This document shows, piece by piece, positions 39,301-51,300 of a DNA stretch of 64,000 bases. The translations under genes and the position numbers were made by a program. Every line of letters starts with the position of its first letter. The first letter of the stretch is position 1. The notes beneath the pieces were generated by a model. That model did no database searches and was not told the DNA's origin. It worked only from the letters and a program-made list of their open reading frames with translations. Origin of the DNA: Naegleria gruberi (taxonomy: Eukaryota); NCBI GenBank assembly GCA_000004985.1, contig GG738887.1; one strand, 5' to 3'.

Positions 39301-42300
39301 NNNNNNNNNNNNNNNNNNNNNNNNNNNNNNNNNNNNNNNNNNNNNNNNNNNNNNNNNNNNNNNNNNNNNNNNNNNNNNNNNNNNNNNNNNNNNNNNNNNN
39401 NNNNNNNNNNNNNNNNNNNNNNNNNNNNNNNNNNNNNNNNNNNNNNNNNNNNNNNNNNNNNNNNNNNNNNNNNNNNNNNNNNNNNNNNNNNNNNNNNNNN
39501 NNNNNNNNNNNNNNNNNNNNNNNNNNNNNNNNNNNNNNNNNNNNNNNNNNNNNNNNNNNNNNNNNNNNNNNNNNNNNNNNNNNNNNNNNNNNNNNNNNNN
39601 NNNNNNNNNNNNNNNNNNNNNNNNNNNNNNNNNNNNNNNNNNNNNNNNNNNNNNNNNNNNNNNNNNNNNNNNNNNNNNNNNNNNNNNNNNNNNNNNNNNN
39701 NNNNNNNNNNNNNNNNNNNNNNNNNNNNNNNNNNNNNNNNNNNNNNNNNNNNNNNNNNNNNNNNNNNNNNNNNNNNNNNNNNNNNNNNNNNNNNNNNNNN
39801 NNNNNNNNNNNNNNNNNNNNNNNNNNNNNNNNNNNNNNNNNNNNNNNNNNNNNNNNNNNNNNNNNNNNNNNNNNNNNNNNNNNNNNNNNNNNNNNNNNNN
39901 NNNNNNNNNNNNNNNNNNNNNNNNNNNNNNNNNNNNNNNNNNNNNNNNNNNNNNNNNNNNNNNNNNNNNNNNNNNNNNNNNNNNNNNNNNNNNNNNNNNN
40001 NNNNNNNNNNNNNNNNNNNNNNNNNNNNNNNNNNNNNNNNNNNNNNNNNNNNNNNNNNNNNNNNNNNNNNNNNNNNNNNNNNNNNNNNNNNNNNNNNNNN
40101 NNNNNNNNNNNNNNNNNNNNNNNNNNNNNNNNNNNNNNNNNNNNNNNNNNNNNNNNNNNNNNNNNNNNNNNNNNNNNNNNNNNNNNNNNNNNNNNNNNNN
40201 NNNNNNNNNNNNNNNNNNNNNNNNNNNNNNNNNNNNNNNNNNNNNNNNNNNNNNNNNNNNNNNNNNNNNNNNNNNNNNNNNNNNNNNNNNNNNNNNNNNN
40301 NNNNNNNNNNNNNNNNNNNNNNNNNNNNNNNNNNNNNNNNNNNNNNNNNNNNNNNNNNNNNNNNNNNNNNNNNNNNNNNNNNNNNNNNNNNNNNNNNNNN
40401 NNNNNNNNNNNNNNNNNNNNNNNNNNNNNNNNNNNNNNNNNNNNNNNNNNNNNNNNNNNNNNNNNNNNNNNNNNNNNNNNNNNNNNNNNNNNNNNNNNNN
40501 NNNNNNNNNNNNNNNNNNNNNNNNNNNNNNNNNNNNNNNNNNNNNNNNNNNNNNNNNNNNNNNNNNNNNNNNNNNNNNNNNNNNNNNNNNNNNNNNNNNN
40601 NNNNNNNNNNNNNNNNNNNNNNNNNNNNNNNNNNNNNNNNNNNNNNNNNNNNNNNNNNNNNNNNNNNNNNNNNNNNNNNNNNNNNNNNNNNNNNNNNNNN
40701 NNNNNNNNNNNNNNNNNNNNNNNNNNNNNNNNNNNNNNNNNNNNNNNNNNNNNNNNNNNNNNNNNNNNNNNNNNNNNNNNNNNNNNNNNNNNNNNNNNNN
40801 NNNNNNNNNNNNNNNNNNNNNNNNNNNNNNNNNNNNNNNNNNNNNNNNNNNNNNNNNNNNNNNNNNNNNNNNNNNNNNNNNNNNNNNNNNNNNNNNNNNN
40901 NNNNNNNNNNNNNNNNNNNNNNNNNNNNNNNNNNNNNNNNNNNNNNNNNNNNNNNNNNNNNNNNNNNNNNNNNNNNNNNNNNNNNNNNNNNNNNNNNNNN
41001 NNNNNNNNNNNNNNNNNNNNNNNNNNNNNNNNNNNNNNNNNNNNNNNNNNNNNNNNNNNNNNNNNNNNNNNNNNNNNNNNNNNNNNNNNNNNNNNNNNNN
41101 NNNNNNNNNNNNNNNNNNNNNNNNNNNNNNNNNNNNNNNNNNNNNNNNNNNNNNNNNNNNNNNNNNNNNNNNNNNNNNNNNNNNNNNNNNNNNNNNNNNN
41201 NNNNNNNNNNNNNNNNNNNNNNNNNNNNNNNNNNNNNNNNNNNNNNNNNNNNNNNNNNNNNNNNNNNNNNNNNNNNNNNNNNNNNNNNNNNNNNNNNNNN
41301 NNNNNNNNNNNNNNNNNNNNNNNNNNNNNNNNNNNNNNNNNNNNNNNNNNNNNNNNNNNNNNNNNNNNNNNNNNNNNNNNNNNNNNNNNNNNNNNNNNNN
41401 NNNNNNNNNNNNNNNNNNNNNNNNNNNNNNNNNNNNNNNNNNNNNNNNNNNNNNNNNNNNNNNNNNNNNNNNNNNNNNNNNNNNNNNNNNNNNNNNNNNN
41501 NNNNNNNNNNNNNNNNNNNNNNNNNNNNNNNNNNNNNNNNNNNNNNNNNNNNNNNNNNNNNNNNNNNNNNNNNNNNNNNNNNNNNNNNNNNNNNNNNNNN
41601 NNNNNNNNNNNNNNNNNNNNNNNNNNNNNNNNNNNNNNNNNNNNNNNNNNNNNNNNNNNNNNNNNNNNNNNNNNNNNNNNNNNNNNNNNNNNNNNNNNNN
41701 NNNNNNNNNNNNNNNNNNNNNNNNNNNNNNNNNNNNNNNNNNNNNNNNNNNNNNNNNNNNNNNNNNNNNNNNNNNNNNNNNNNNNNNNNNNNNNNNNNNN
41801 NNNNNNNNNNNNNNNNNNNNNNNNNNNNNNNNNNNNNNNNNNNNNNNNNNNNNNNNNNNNNNNNNNNNNNNNNNNNNNNNNNNNNNNNNNNNNNNNNNNN
41901 NNNNNNNNNNNNNNNNNNNNNNNNNNNNNNNNNNNNNNNNNNNNNNNNNNNNNNNNNNNNNNNNNNNNNNNNNNNNNNNNNNNNNNNNNNNNNNNNNNNN
42001 NNNNNNNNNNNNNNNNNNNNNNNNNNNNNNNNNNNNNNNNNNNNNNNNNNNNNNNNNNNNNNNNNNNNNNNNNNNNNNNNNNNNNNNNNNNNNNNNNNNN
42101 NNNNNNNNNNNNNNNNNNNNNNNNNNNNNNNNNNNNNNNNNNNNNNNNNNNNNNNNNNNNNNNNNNNNNNNNNNNNNNNNNNNNNNNNNNNNNNNNNNNN
42201 NNNNNNNNNNNNNNNNNNNNNNNNNNNNNNNNNNNNNNNNNNNNNNNNNNNNNNNNNNNNNNNNNNNNNNNNNNNNNNNNNNNNNNNNNNNNNNNNNNNN

Positions 42301-45300
42301 NNNNNNNNNNNNNNNNNNNNNNNNNNNNNNNNNNNNNNNNNNNNNNNNNNNNNNNNNNNNNNNNNNNNNNNNNNNNNNNNNNNNNNNNNNNNNNNNNNNN
42401 NNNNNNNNNNNNNNNNNNNNNNNNNNNNNNNNNNNNNNNNNNNNNNNNNNNNNNNNNNNNNNNNNNNNNNNNNNNNNNNNNNNNNNNNNNNNNNNNNNNN
42501 NNNNNNNNNNNNNNNNNNNNNNNNNNNNNNNNNNNNNNNNNNNNNNNNNNNNNNNNNNNNNNNNNNNNNNNNNNNNNNNNNNNNNNNNNNNNNNNNNNNN
42601 NNNNNNNNNNNNNNNNNNNNNNNNNNNNNNNNNNNNNNNNNNNNNNNNNNNNNNNNNNNNNNNNNNNNNNNNNNNNNNNNNNNNNNNNNNNNNNNNNNNN
42701 NNNNNNNNNNNNNNNNNNNNNNNNNNNNNNNNNNNNNNNNNNNNNNNNNNNNNNNNNNNNNNNNNNNNNNNNNNNNNNNNNNNNNNNNNNNNNNNNNNNN
42801 NNNNNNNNNNNNNNNNNNNNNNNNNNNNNNNNNNNNNNNNNNNNNNNNNNNNNNNNNNNNNNNNNNNNNNNNNNNNNNNNNNNNNNNNNNNNNNNNNNNN
42901 NNNNNNNNNNNNNNNNNNNNNNNNNNNNNNNNNNNNNNNNNNNNNNNNNNNNNNNNNNNNNNNNNNNNNNNNNNNNNNNNNNNNNNNNNNNNNNNNNNNN
43001 NNNNNNNNNNNNNNNNNNNNNNNNNNNNNNNNNNNNNNNNNNNNNNNNNNNNNNNNNNNNNNNNNNNNNNNNNNNNNNNNNNNNNNNNNNNNNNNNNNNN
43101 NNNNNNNNNNNNNNNNNNNNNNNNNNNNNNNNNNNNNNNNNNNNNNNNNNNNNNNNNNNNNNNNNNNNNNNNNNNNNNNNNNNNNNNNNNNNNNNNNNNN
43201 NNNNNNNNNNNNNNNNNNNNNNNNNNNNNNNNNNNNNNNNNNNNNNNNNNNNNNNNNNNNNNNNNNNNNNNNNNNNNNNNNNNNNNNNNNNNNNNNNNNN
43301 NNNNNNNNNNNNNNNNNNNNNNNNNNNNNNNNNNNNNNNNNNNNNNNNNNNNNNNNNNNNNNNNNNNNNNNNNNNNNNNNNNNNNNNNNNNNNNNNNNNN
43401 NNNNNNNNNNNNNNNNNNNNNNNNNNNNNNNNNNNNNNNNNNNNNNNNNNNNNNNNNNNNNNNNNNNNNNNNNNNNNNNNNNNNNNNNNNNNNNNNNNNN
43501 NNNNNNNNNNNNNNNNNNNNNNNNNNNNNNNNNNNNNNNNNNNNNNNNNNNNNNNNNNNNNNNNNNNNNNNNNNNNNNNNNNNNNNNNNNNNNNNNNNNN
43601 NNNNNNNNNNNNNNNNNNNNNNNNNNNNNNNNNNNNNNNNNNNNNNNNNNNNNNNNNNNNNNNNNNNNNNNNNNNNNNNNNNNNNNNNNNNNNNNNNNNN
43701 NNNNNNNNNNNNNNNNNNNNNNNNNNNNNNNNNNNNNNNNNNNNNNNNNNNNNNNNNNNNNNNNNNNNNNNNNNNNNNNNNNNNNNNNNNNNNNNNNNNN
43801 NNNNNNNNNNNNNNNNNNNNNNNNNNNNNNNNNNNNNNNNNNNNNNNNNNNNNNNNNNNNNNNNNNNNNNNNNNNNNNNNNNNNNNNNNNNNNNNNNNNN
43901 NNNNNNNNNNNNNNNNNNNNNNNNNNNNNNNNNNNNNNNNNNNNNNNNNNNNNNNNNNNNNNNNNNNNNNNNNNNNNNNNNNNNNNNNNNNNNNNNNNNN
44001 NNNNNNNNNNNNNNNNNNNNNNNNNNNNNNNNNNNNNNNNNNNNNNNNNNNNNNNNNNNNNNNNNNNNNNNNNNNNNNNNNNNNNNNNNNNNNNNNNNNN
44101 NNNNNNNNNNNNNNNNNNNNNNNNNNNNNNNNNNNNNNNNNNNNNNNNNNNNNNNNNNNNNNNNNNNNNNNNNNNNNNNNNNNNNNNNNNNNNNNNNNNN
44201 NNNNNNNNNNNNNNNNNNNNNNNNNNNNNNNNNNNNNNNNNNNNNNNNNNNNNNNNNNNNNNNNNNNNNNNNNNNNNNNNNNNNNNNNNNNNNNNNNNNN
44301 NNNNNNNNNNNNNNNNNNNNNNNNNNNNNNNNNNNNNNNNNNNNNNNNNNNNNNNNNNNNNNNNNNNNNNNNNNNNNNNNNNNNNNNNNNNNNNNNNNNN
44401 NNNNNNNNNNNNNNNNNNNNNNNNNNNNNNNNNNNNNNNNNNNNNNNNNNNNNNNNNNNNNNNNNNNNNNNNNNNNNNNNNNNNNNNNNNNNNNNNNNNN
44501 NNNNNNNNNNNNNNNNNNNNNNNNNNNNNNNNNNNNNNNNNNNNNNNNNNNNNNNNNNNNNNNNNNNNNNNNNNNNNNNNNNNNNNNNNNNNNNNNNNNN
44601 NNNNNNNNNNNNNNNNNNNNNNNNNNNNNNNNNNNNNNNNNNNNNNNNNNNNNNNNNNNNNNNNNNNNNNNNNNNNNNNNNNNNNNNNNNNNNNNNNNNN
44701 NNNNNNNNNNNNNNNNNNNNNNNNNNNNNNNNNNNNNNNNNNNNNNNNNNNNNNNNNNNNNNNNNNNNNNNNNNNNNNNNNNNNNNNNNNNNNNNNNNNN
44801 NNNNNNNNNNNNNNNNNNNNNNNNNNNNNNNNNNNNNNNNNNNNNNNNNNNNNNNNNNNNNNNNNNNNNNNNNNNNNNNNNNNNNNNNNNNNNNNNNNNN
44901 NNNNNNNNNNNNNNNNNNNNNNNNNNNNNNNNNNNNNNNNNNNNNNNNNNNNNNNNNNNNNNNNNNNNNNNNNNNNNNNNNNNNNNNNNNNNNNNNNNNN
45001 NNNNNNNNNNNNNNNNNNNNNNNNNNNNNNNNNNNNNNNNNNNNNNNNNNNNNNNNNNNNNNNNNNNNNNNNNNNNNNNNNNNNNNNNNNNNNNNNNNNN
45101 NNNNNNNNNNNNNNNNNNNNNNNNNNNNNNNNNNNNNNNNNNNNNNNNNNNNNNNNNNNNNNNNNNNNNNNNNNNNNNNNNNNNNNNNNNNNNNNNNNNN
45201 NNNNNNNNNNNNNNNNNNNNNNNNNNNNNNNNNNNNNNNNNNNNNNNNNNNNNNNNNNNNNNNNNNNNNNNNNNNNNNNNNNNNNNNNNNNNNNNNNNNN

Positions 45301-48300
45301 NNNNNNNNNNNNNNNNNNNNNNNNNNNNNNNNNNNNNNNNNNNNNNNNNNNNNNNNNNNNNNNNNNNNNNNNNNNNNNNNNNNNNNNNNNNNNNNNNNNN
45401 NNNNNNNNNNNNNNNNNNNNNNNNNNNNNNNNNNNNNNNNNNNNNNNNNNNNNNNNNNNNNNNNNNNNNNNNNNNNNNNNNNNNNNNNNNNNNNNNNNNN
45501 NNNNNNNNNNNNNNNNNNNNNNNNNNNNNNNNNNNNNNNNNNNNNNNNNNNNNNNNNNNNNNNNNNNNNNNNNNNNNNNNNNNNNNNNNNNNNNNNNNNN
45601 NNNNNNNNNNNNNNNNNNNNNNNNNNNNNNNNNNNNNNNNNNNNNNNNNNNNNNNNNNNNNNNNNNNNNNNNNNNNNNNNNNNNNNNNNNNNNNNNNNNN
45701 NNNNNNNNNNNNNNNNNNNNNNNNNNNNNNNNNNNNNNNNNNNNNNNNNNNNNNNNNNNNNNNNNNNNNNNNNNNNNNNNNNNNNNNNNNNNNNNNNNNN
45801 NNNNNNNNNNNNNNNNNNNNNNNNNNNNNNNNNNNNNNNNNNNNNNNNNNNNNNNNNNNNNNNNNNNNNNNNNNNNNNNNNNNNNNNNNNNNNNNNNNNN
45901 NNNNNNNNNNNNNNNNNNNNNNNNNNNNNNNNNNNNNNNNNNNNNNNNNNNNNNNNNNNNNNNNNNNNNNNNNNNNNNNNNNNNNNNNNNNNNNNNNNNN
46001 NNNNNNNNNNNNNNNNNNNNNNNNNNNNNNNNNNNNNNNNNNNNNNNNNNNNNNNNNNNNNNNNNNNNNNNNNNNNNNNNNNNNNNNNNNNNNNNNNNNN
46101 NNNNNNNNNNNNNNNNNNNNNNNNNNNNNNNNNNNNNNNNNNNNNNNNNNNNNNNNNNNNNNNNNNNNNNNNNNNNNNNNNNNNNNNNNNNNNNNNNNNN
46201 NNNNNNNNNNNNNNNNNNNNNNNNNNNNNNNNNNNNNNNNNNNNNNNNNNNNNNNNNNNNNNNNNNNNNNNNNNNNNNNNNNNNNNNNNNNNNNNNNNNN
46301 NNNNNNNNNNNNNNNNNNNNNNNNNNNNNNNNNNNNNNNNNNNNNNNNNNNNNNNNNNNNNNNNNNNNNNNNNNNNNNNNNNNNNNNNNNNNNNNNNNNN
46401 NNNNNNNNNNNNNNNNNNNNNNNNNNNNNNNNNNNNNNNNNNNNNNNNNNNNNNNNNNNNNNNNNNNNNNNNNNNNNNNNNNNNNNNNNNNNNNNNNNNN
46501 NNNNNNNNNNNNNNNNNNNNNNNNNNNNNNNNNNNNNNNNNNNNNNNNNNNNNNNNNNNNNNNNNNNNNNNNNNNNNNNNNNNNNNNNNNNNNNNNNNNN
46601 NNNNNNNNNNNNNNNNNNNNNNNNNNNNNNNNNNNNNNNNNNNNNNNNNNNNNNNNNNNNNNNNNNNNNNNNNNNNNNNNNNNNNNNNNNNNNNNNNNNN
46701 NNNNNNNNNNNNNNNNNNNNNNNNNNNNNNNNNNNNNNNNNNNNNNNNNNNNNNNNNNNNNNNNNNNNNNNNNNNNNNNNNNNNNNNNNNNNNNNNNNNN
46801 NNNNNNNNNNNNNNNNNNNNNNNNNNNNNNNNNNNNNNNNNNNNNNNNNNNNNNNNNNNNNNNNNNNNNNNNNNNNNNNNNNNNNNNNNNNNNNNNNNNN
46901 NNNNNNNNNNNNNNNNNNNNNNNNNNNNNNNNNNNNNNNNNNNNNNNNNNNNNNNNNNNNNNNNNNNNNNNNNNNNNNNNNNNNNNNNNNNNNNNNNNNN
47001 NNNNNNNNNNNNNNNNNNNNNNNNNNNNNNNNNNNNNNNNNNNNNNNNNNNNNNNNNNNNNNNNNNNNNNNNNNNNNNNNNNNNNNNNNNNNNNNNNNNN
47101 NNNNNNNNNNNNNNNNNNNNNNNNNNNNNNNNNNNNNNNNNNNNNNNNNNNNNNNNNNNNNNNNNNNNNNNNNNNNNNNNNNNNNNNNNNNNNNNNNNNN
47201 NNNNNNNNNNNNNNNNNNNNNNNNNNNNNNNNNNNNNNNNNNNNNNNNNNNNNNNNNNNNNNNNNNNNNNNNNNNNNNNNNNNNNNNNNNNNNNNNNNNN
47301 NNNNNNNNNNNNNNNNNNNNNNNNNNNNNNNNNNNNNNNNNNNNNNNNNNNNNNNNNNNNNNNNNNNNNNNNNNNNNNNNNNNNNNNNNNNNNNNNNNNN
47401 NNNNNNNNNNNNNNNNNNNNNNNNNNNNNNNNNNNNNNNNNNNNNNNNNNNNNNNNNNNNNNNNNNNNNNNNNNNNNNNNNNNNNNNNNNNNNNNNNNNN
47501 NNNNNNNNNNNNNNNNNNNNNNNNNNNNNNNNNNNNNNNNNNNNNNNNNNNNNNNNNNNNNNNNNNNNNNNNNNNNNNNNNNNNNNNNNNNNNNNNNNNN
47601 NNNNNNNNNNNNNNNNNNNNNNNNNNNNNNNNNNNNNNNNNNNNNNNNNNNNNNNNNNNNNNNNNNNNNNNNNNNNNNNNNNNNNNNNNNNNNNNNNNNN
47701 NNNNNNNNNNNNNNNNNNNNNNNNNNNNNNNNNNNNNNNNNNNNNNNNNNNNNNNNNNNNNNNNNNNNNNNNNNNNNNNNNNNNNNNNNNNNNNNNNNNN
47801 NNNNNNNNNNNNNNNNNNNNNNNNNNNNNNNNNNNNNNNNNNNNNNNNNNNNNNNNNNNNNNNNNNNNNNNNNNNNNNNNNNNNNNNNNNNNNNNNNNNN
47901 NNNNNNNNNNNNNNNNNNNNNNNNNNNNNNNNNNNNNNNNNNNNNNNNNNNNNNNNNNNNNNNNNNNNNNNNNNNNNNNNNNNNNNNNNNNNNNNNNNNN
48001 NNNNNNNNNNNNNNNNNNNNNNNNNNNNNNNNNNNNNNNNNNNNNNNNNNNNNNNNNNNNNNNNNNNNNNNNNNNNNNNNNNNNNNNNNNNNNNNNNNNN
48101 NNNNNNNNNNNNNNNNNNNNNNNNNNNNNNNNNNNNNNNNNNNNNNNNNNNNNNNNNNNNNNNNNNNNNNNNNNNNNNNNNNNNNNNNNNNNNNNNNNNN
48201 NNNNNNNNNNNNNNNNNNNNNNNNNNNNNNNNNNNNNNNNNNNNNNNNNNNNNNNNNNNNNNNNNNNNNNNNNNNNNNNNNNNNNNNNNNNNNNNNNNNN

Positions 48301-51300
48301 NNNNNNNNNNNNNNNNNNNNNNNNNNNNNNNNNNNNNNNNNNNNNNNNNNNNNNNNNNNNNNNNNNNNNNNNNNNNNNNNNNNNNNNNNNNNNNNNNNNN
48401 NNNNNNNNNNNNNNNNNNNNNNNNNNNNNNNNNNNNNNNNNNNNNNNNNNNNNNNNNNNNNNNNNNNNNNNNNNNNNNNNNNNNNNNNNNNNNNNNNNNN
48501 NNNNNNNNNNNNNNNNNNNNNNNNNNNNNNNNNNNNNNNNNNNNNNNNNNNNNNNNNNNNNNNNNNNNNNNNNNNNNNNNNNNNNNNNNNNNNNNNNNNN
48601 NNNNNNNNNNNNNNNNNNNNNNNNNNNNNNNNNNNNNNNNNNNNNNNNNNNNNNNNNNNNNNNNNNNNNNNNNNNNNNNNNNNNNNNNNNNNNNNNNNNN
48701 NNNNNNNNNNNNNNNNNNNNNNNNNNNNNNNNNNNNNNNNNNNNNNNNNNNNNNNNNNNNNNNNNNNNNNNNNNNNNNNNNNNNNNNNNNNNNNNNNNNN
48801 NNNNNNNNNNNNNNNNNNNNNNNNNNNNNNNNNNNNNNNNNNNNNNNNNNNNNNNNNNNNNNNNNNNNNNNNNNNNNNNNNNNNNNNNNNNNNNNNNNNN
48901 NNNNNNNNNNNNNNNNNNNNNNNNNNNNNNNNNNNNNNNNNNNNNNNNNNNNNNNNNNNNNNNNNNNNNNNNNNNNNNNNNNNNNNNNNNNNNNNNNNNN
49001 NNNNNNNNNNNNNNNNNNNNNNNNNNNNNNNNNNNNNNNNNNNNNNNNNNNNNNNNNNNNNNNNNNNNNNNNNNNNNNNNNNNNNNNNNNNNNNNNNNNN
49101 NNNNNNNNNNNNNNNNNNNNNNNNNNNNNNNNNNNNNNNNNNNNNNNNNNNNNNNNNNNNNNNNNNNNNNNNNNNNNNNNNNNNNNNNNNNNNNNNNNNN
49201 NNNNNNNNNNNNNNNNNNNNNNNNNNNNNNNNNNNNNNNNNNNNNNNNNNNNNNNNNNNNNNNNNNNNNNNNNNNNNNNNNNNNNNNNNNNNNNNNNNNN
49301 NNNNNNNNNNNNNNNNNNNNNNNNNNNNNNNNNNNNNNNNNNNNNNNNNNNNNNNNNNNNNNNNNNNNNNNNNNNNNNNNNNNNNNNNNNNNNNNNNNNN
49401 NNNNNNNNNNNNNNNNNNNNNNNNNNNNNNNNNNNNNNNNNNNNNNNNNNNNNNNNNNNNNNNNNNNNNNNNNNNNNNNNNNNNNNNNNNNNNNNNNNNN
49501 NNNNNNNNNNNNNNNNNNNNNNNNNNNNNNNNNNNNNNNNNNNNNNNNNNNNNNNNNNNNNNNNNNNNNNNNNNNNNNNNNNNNNNNNNNNNNNNNNNNN
49601 NNNNNNNNNNNNNNNNNNNNNNNNNNNNNNNNNNNNNNNNNNNNNNNNNNNNNNNNNNNNNNNNNNNNNNNNNNNNNNNNNNNNNNNNNNNNNNNNNNNN
49701 NNNNNNNNNNNNNNNNNNNNNNNNNNNNNNNNNNNNNNNNNNNNNNNNNNNNNNNNNNNNNNNNNNNNNNNNNNNNNNNNNNNNNNNNNNNNNNNNNNNN
49801 NNNNNNNNNNNNNNNNNNNNNNNNNNNNNNNNNNNNNNNNNNNNNNNNNNNNNNNNNNNNNNNNNNNNNNNNNNNNNNNNNNNNNNNNNNNNNNNNNNNN
49901 NNNNNNNNNNNNNNNNNNNNNNNNNNNNNNNNNNNNNNNNNNNNNNNNNNNNNNNNNNNNNNNNNNNNNNNNNNNNNNNNNNNNNNNNNNNNNNNNNNNN
50001 NNNNNNNNNNNNNNNNNNNNNNNNNNNNNNNNNNNNNNNNNNNNNNNNNNNNNNNNNNNNNNNNNNNNNNNNNNNNNNNNNNNNNNNNNNNNNNNNNNNN
50101 NNNNNNNNNNNNNNNNNNNNNNNNNNNNNNNNNNNNNNNNNNNNNNNNNNNNNNNNNNNNNNNNNNNNNNNNNNNNNNNNNNNNNNNNNNNNNNNNNNNN
50201 NNNNNNNNNNNNNNNNNNNNNNNNNNNNNNNNNNNNNNNNNNNNNNNNNNNNNNNNNNNNNNNNNNNNNNNNNNNNNNNNNNNNNNNNNNNNNNNNNNNN
50301 NNNNNNNNNNNNNNNNNNNNNNNNNNNNNNNNNNNNNNNNNNNNNNNNNNNNNNNNNNNNNNNNNNNNNNNNNNNNNNNNNNNNNNNNNNNNNNNNNNNN
50401 NNNNNNNNNNNNNNNNNNNNNNNNNNNNNNNNNNNNNNNNNNNNNNNNNNNNNNNNNNNNNNNNNNNNNNNNNNNNNNNNNNNNNNNNNNNNNNNNNNNN
50501 NNNNNNNNNNNNNNNNNNNNNNNNNNNNNNNNNNNNNNNNNNNNNNNNNNNNNNNNNNNNNNNNNNNNNNNNNNNNNNNNNNNNNNNNNNNNNNNNNNNN
50601 NNNNNNNNNNNNNNNNNNNNNNNNNNNNNNNNNNNNNNNNNNNNNNNNNNNNNNNNNNNNNNNNNNNNNNNNNNNNNNNNNNNNNNNNNNNNNNNNNNNN
50701 NNNNNNNNNNNNNNNNNNNNNNNNNNNNNNNNNNNNNNNNNNNNNNNNNNNNNNNNNNNNNNNNNNNNNNNNNNNNNNNNNNNNNNNNNNNNNNNNNNNN
50801 NNNNNNNNNNNNNNNNNNNNNNNNNNNNNNNNNNNNNNNNNNNNNNNNNNNNNNNNNNNNNNNNNNNNNNNNNNNNNNNNNNNNNNNNNNNNNNNNNNNN
50901 NNNNNNNNNNNNNNNNNNNNNNNNNNNNNNNNNNNNNNNNNNNNNNNNNNNNNNNNNNNNNNNNNNNNNNNNNNNNNNNNNNNNNNNNNNNNNNNNNNNN
51001 NNNNNNNNNNNNNNNNNNNNNNNNNNNNNNNNNNNNNNNNNNNNNNNNNNNNNNNNNNNNNNNNNNNNNNNNNNNNNNNNNNNNNNNNNNNNNNNNNNNN
51101 NNNNNNNNNNNNNNNNNNNNNNNNNNNNNNNNNNNNNNNNNNNNNNNNNNNNNNNNNNNNNNNNNNNNNNNNNNNNNNNNNNNNNNNNNNNNNNNNNNNN
51201 NNNNNNNNNNNNNNNNNNNNNNNNNNNNNNNNNNNNNNNNNNNNNNNNNNNNNNNNNNNNNNNNNNNNNNNNNNNNNNNNNNNNNNNNNNNNNNNNNNNN